64,000 nt of DNA, from assembly GCF_004010195.1 (NCBI RefSeq), contig NC_057751.1, positions 13,026,322 through 13,090,321 on the forward strand, written 5' to 3'. The number at the start of each line of letters is the position of its first letter. Position 1 is the stretch's first letter. Below, piece after piece: positions 63,142 through 64,000 of this stretch. Both the position numbers and the translations under genes were made by a program. Under the pieces are notes generated by a model. That model ran no database searches. It worked only from the letters and a program-made list of their open reading frames with translations, and was not told where the DNA came from. The DNA is from Chiloscyllium plagiosum (taxonomy: Eukaryota).

Positions 63142-64000
63142 GTGAGTCAGGCATCAACTCAGTTGAGAGGGATGAGAAAGAAAACAAATGAGTAGCATTC
63201 GCTTCATATCAAAACTAGTTTACATCCTTCTTCTCAATTTCATACTTTTCTATGTTTCCCCTGTTTCTGTCGGCAATATTTCAAACTAGTCTACATCCAT
63301 TAAGGCTGGAGACGTCTATTGGCTCTCTTGACTGAACCAGCAAGTGTATAATTACTTTTTTAAACATCCACCTGCCCAAATCACAGTAGGTTCCTGAGCC
63401 TAAAGTGTTTTCACACTTGCAGAATTCCCACCAGTACCACTTGATGTCAGAGGTCCTTGAAAGCTGCTCAGGAAGAAATTGCACTGCTGTACAGCTGGAG
63501 TCTCTGCGTCTACAGCTTATGCACACGTTCAATTAATGCCACATTGTGTCCACAGCCAGAAGTGATGTTTGTGGCTCTCACACAATAACGGGCATACTAT
63601 TACCTTTGACAATCCTCTGAAATTCATCATGGCAAGTTAGAAGGTGGATGTGACCATAACGGTAGCCAAGCTGCTTAGGCCTGAAATTGATTTTTGTGTT
63701 GTAAAGGCAACTAATATTGGTTATAGGGAATATTCATCTTTAAATGTGTAATTCTTTGAATGGGTGCCTGTTGTCAACTACTGTTAATTTGGCTTCTGTA
63801 ACTGATTATTTATTATTTTTACATCTGCTGCAAACTCTGGTTGGCCACTTCTAATCTTGGGTAAGTTTCCGAAAGAAAACTCTCTAAAAATCCTTTCAGC
63901 TTTTTCTTTCCTCTTCCCCTTCTATAATCTGATGACTTTGACTGGACATGGAATTGAAACTAATCATATTTAGATTTAGTGTGATAATATTGCATAGTAG

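Noticed and set aside
1..64000. Prokaryotic systems (CRISPR array, operon, retron or defence RT)
   Set aside because: Spliceosomal introns and vertebrate repeats throughout; no repeat-spacer array; the RT motifs are broken CR1 LINE fragments.
63142..64000. Next SLC4A5 exon
   Set aside because: No convincing phase-1 exon with extracellular-loop homology; it probably lies outside the window.

Overview
Eukaryotic, intron-rich genomic DNA. The repeat content (HE1/V-SINE-like SINEs, CR1/HER1-like LINEs, Penelope- and Harbinger-like relics) points to a cartilaginous fish, probably a shark. The main feature is the 5' part of a + strand SLC4A5 gene (NBCe2, electrogenic Na+/HCO3- cotransporter). I assembled 14 coding exons from 30281 to 63141 with GT-AG boundaries and consistent phases (1954 nt, 651 codons + 1 nt, no stops). 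They cover the N-terminal cytosolic domain and about the first five TM segments; the gene continues beyond the window. Almost all other ORFs in the track are transposon relics or noise. I see no prokaryote-type system. The best leads are: an NBCe1-B-like acidic/poly-Arg N-terminus retained in this NBCe2; candidate alternative N-termini (an unidentified upstream exon at 10055-10241 in phase with the ATG exon, an intronic ATG mini-exon, an NBCe1-A-like exon extension); an in-frame alternative acceptor adding 19 aa; a ~1 kb inverted duplication upstream of the ATG exon; and inverted LINEs flanking two small exons. All comparisons to human proteins are from memory, not from a run alignment. Repeat boundaries are approximate.
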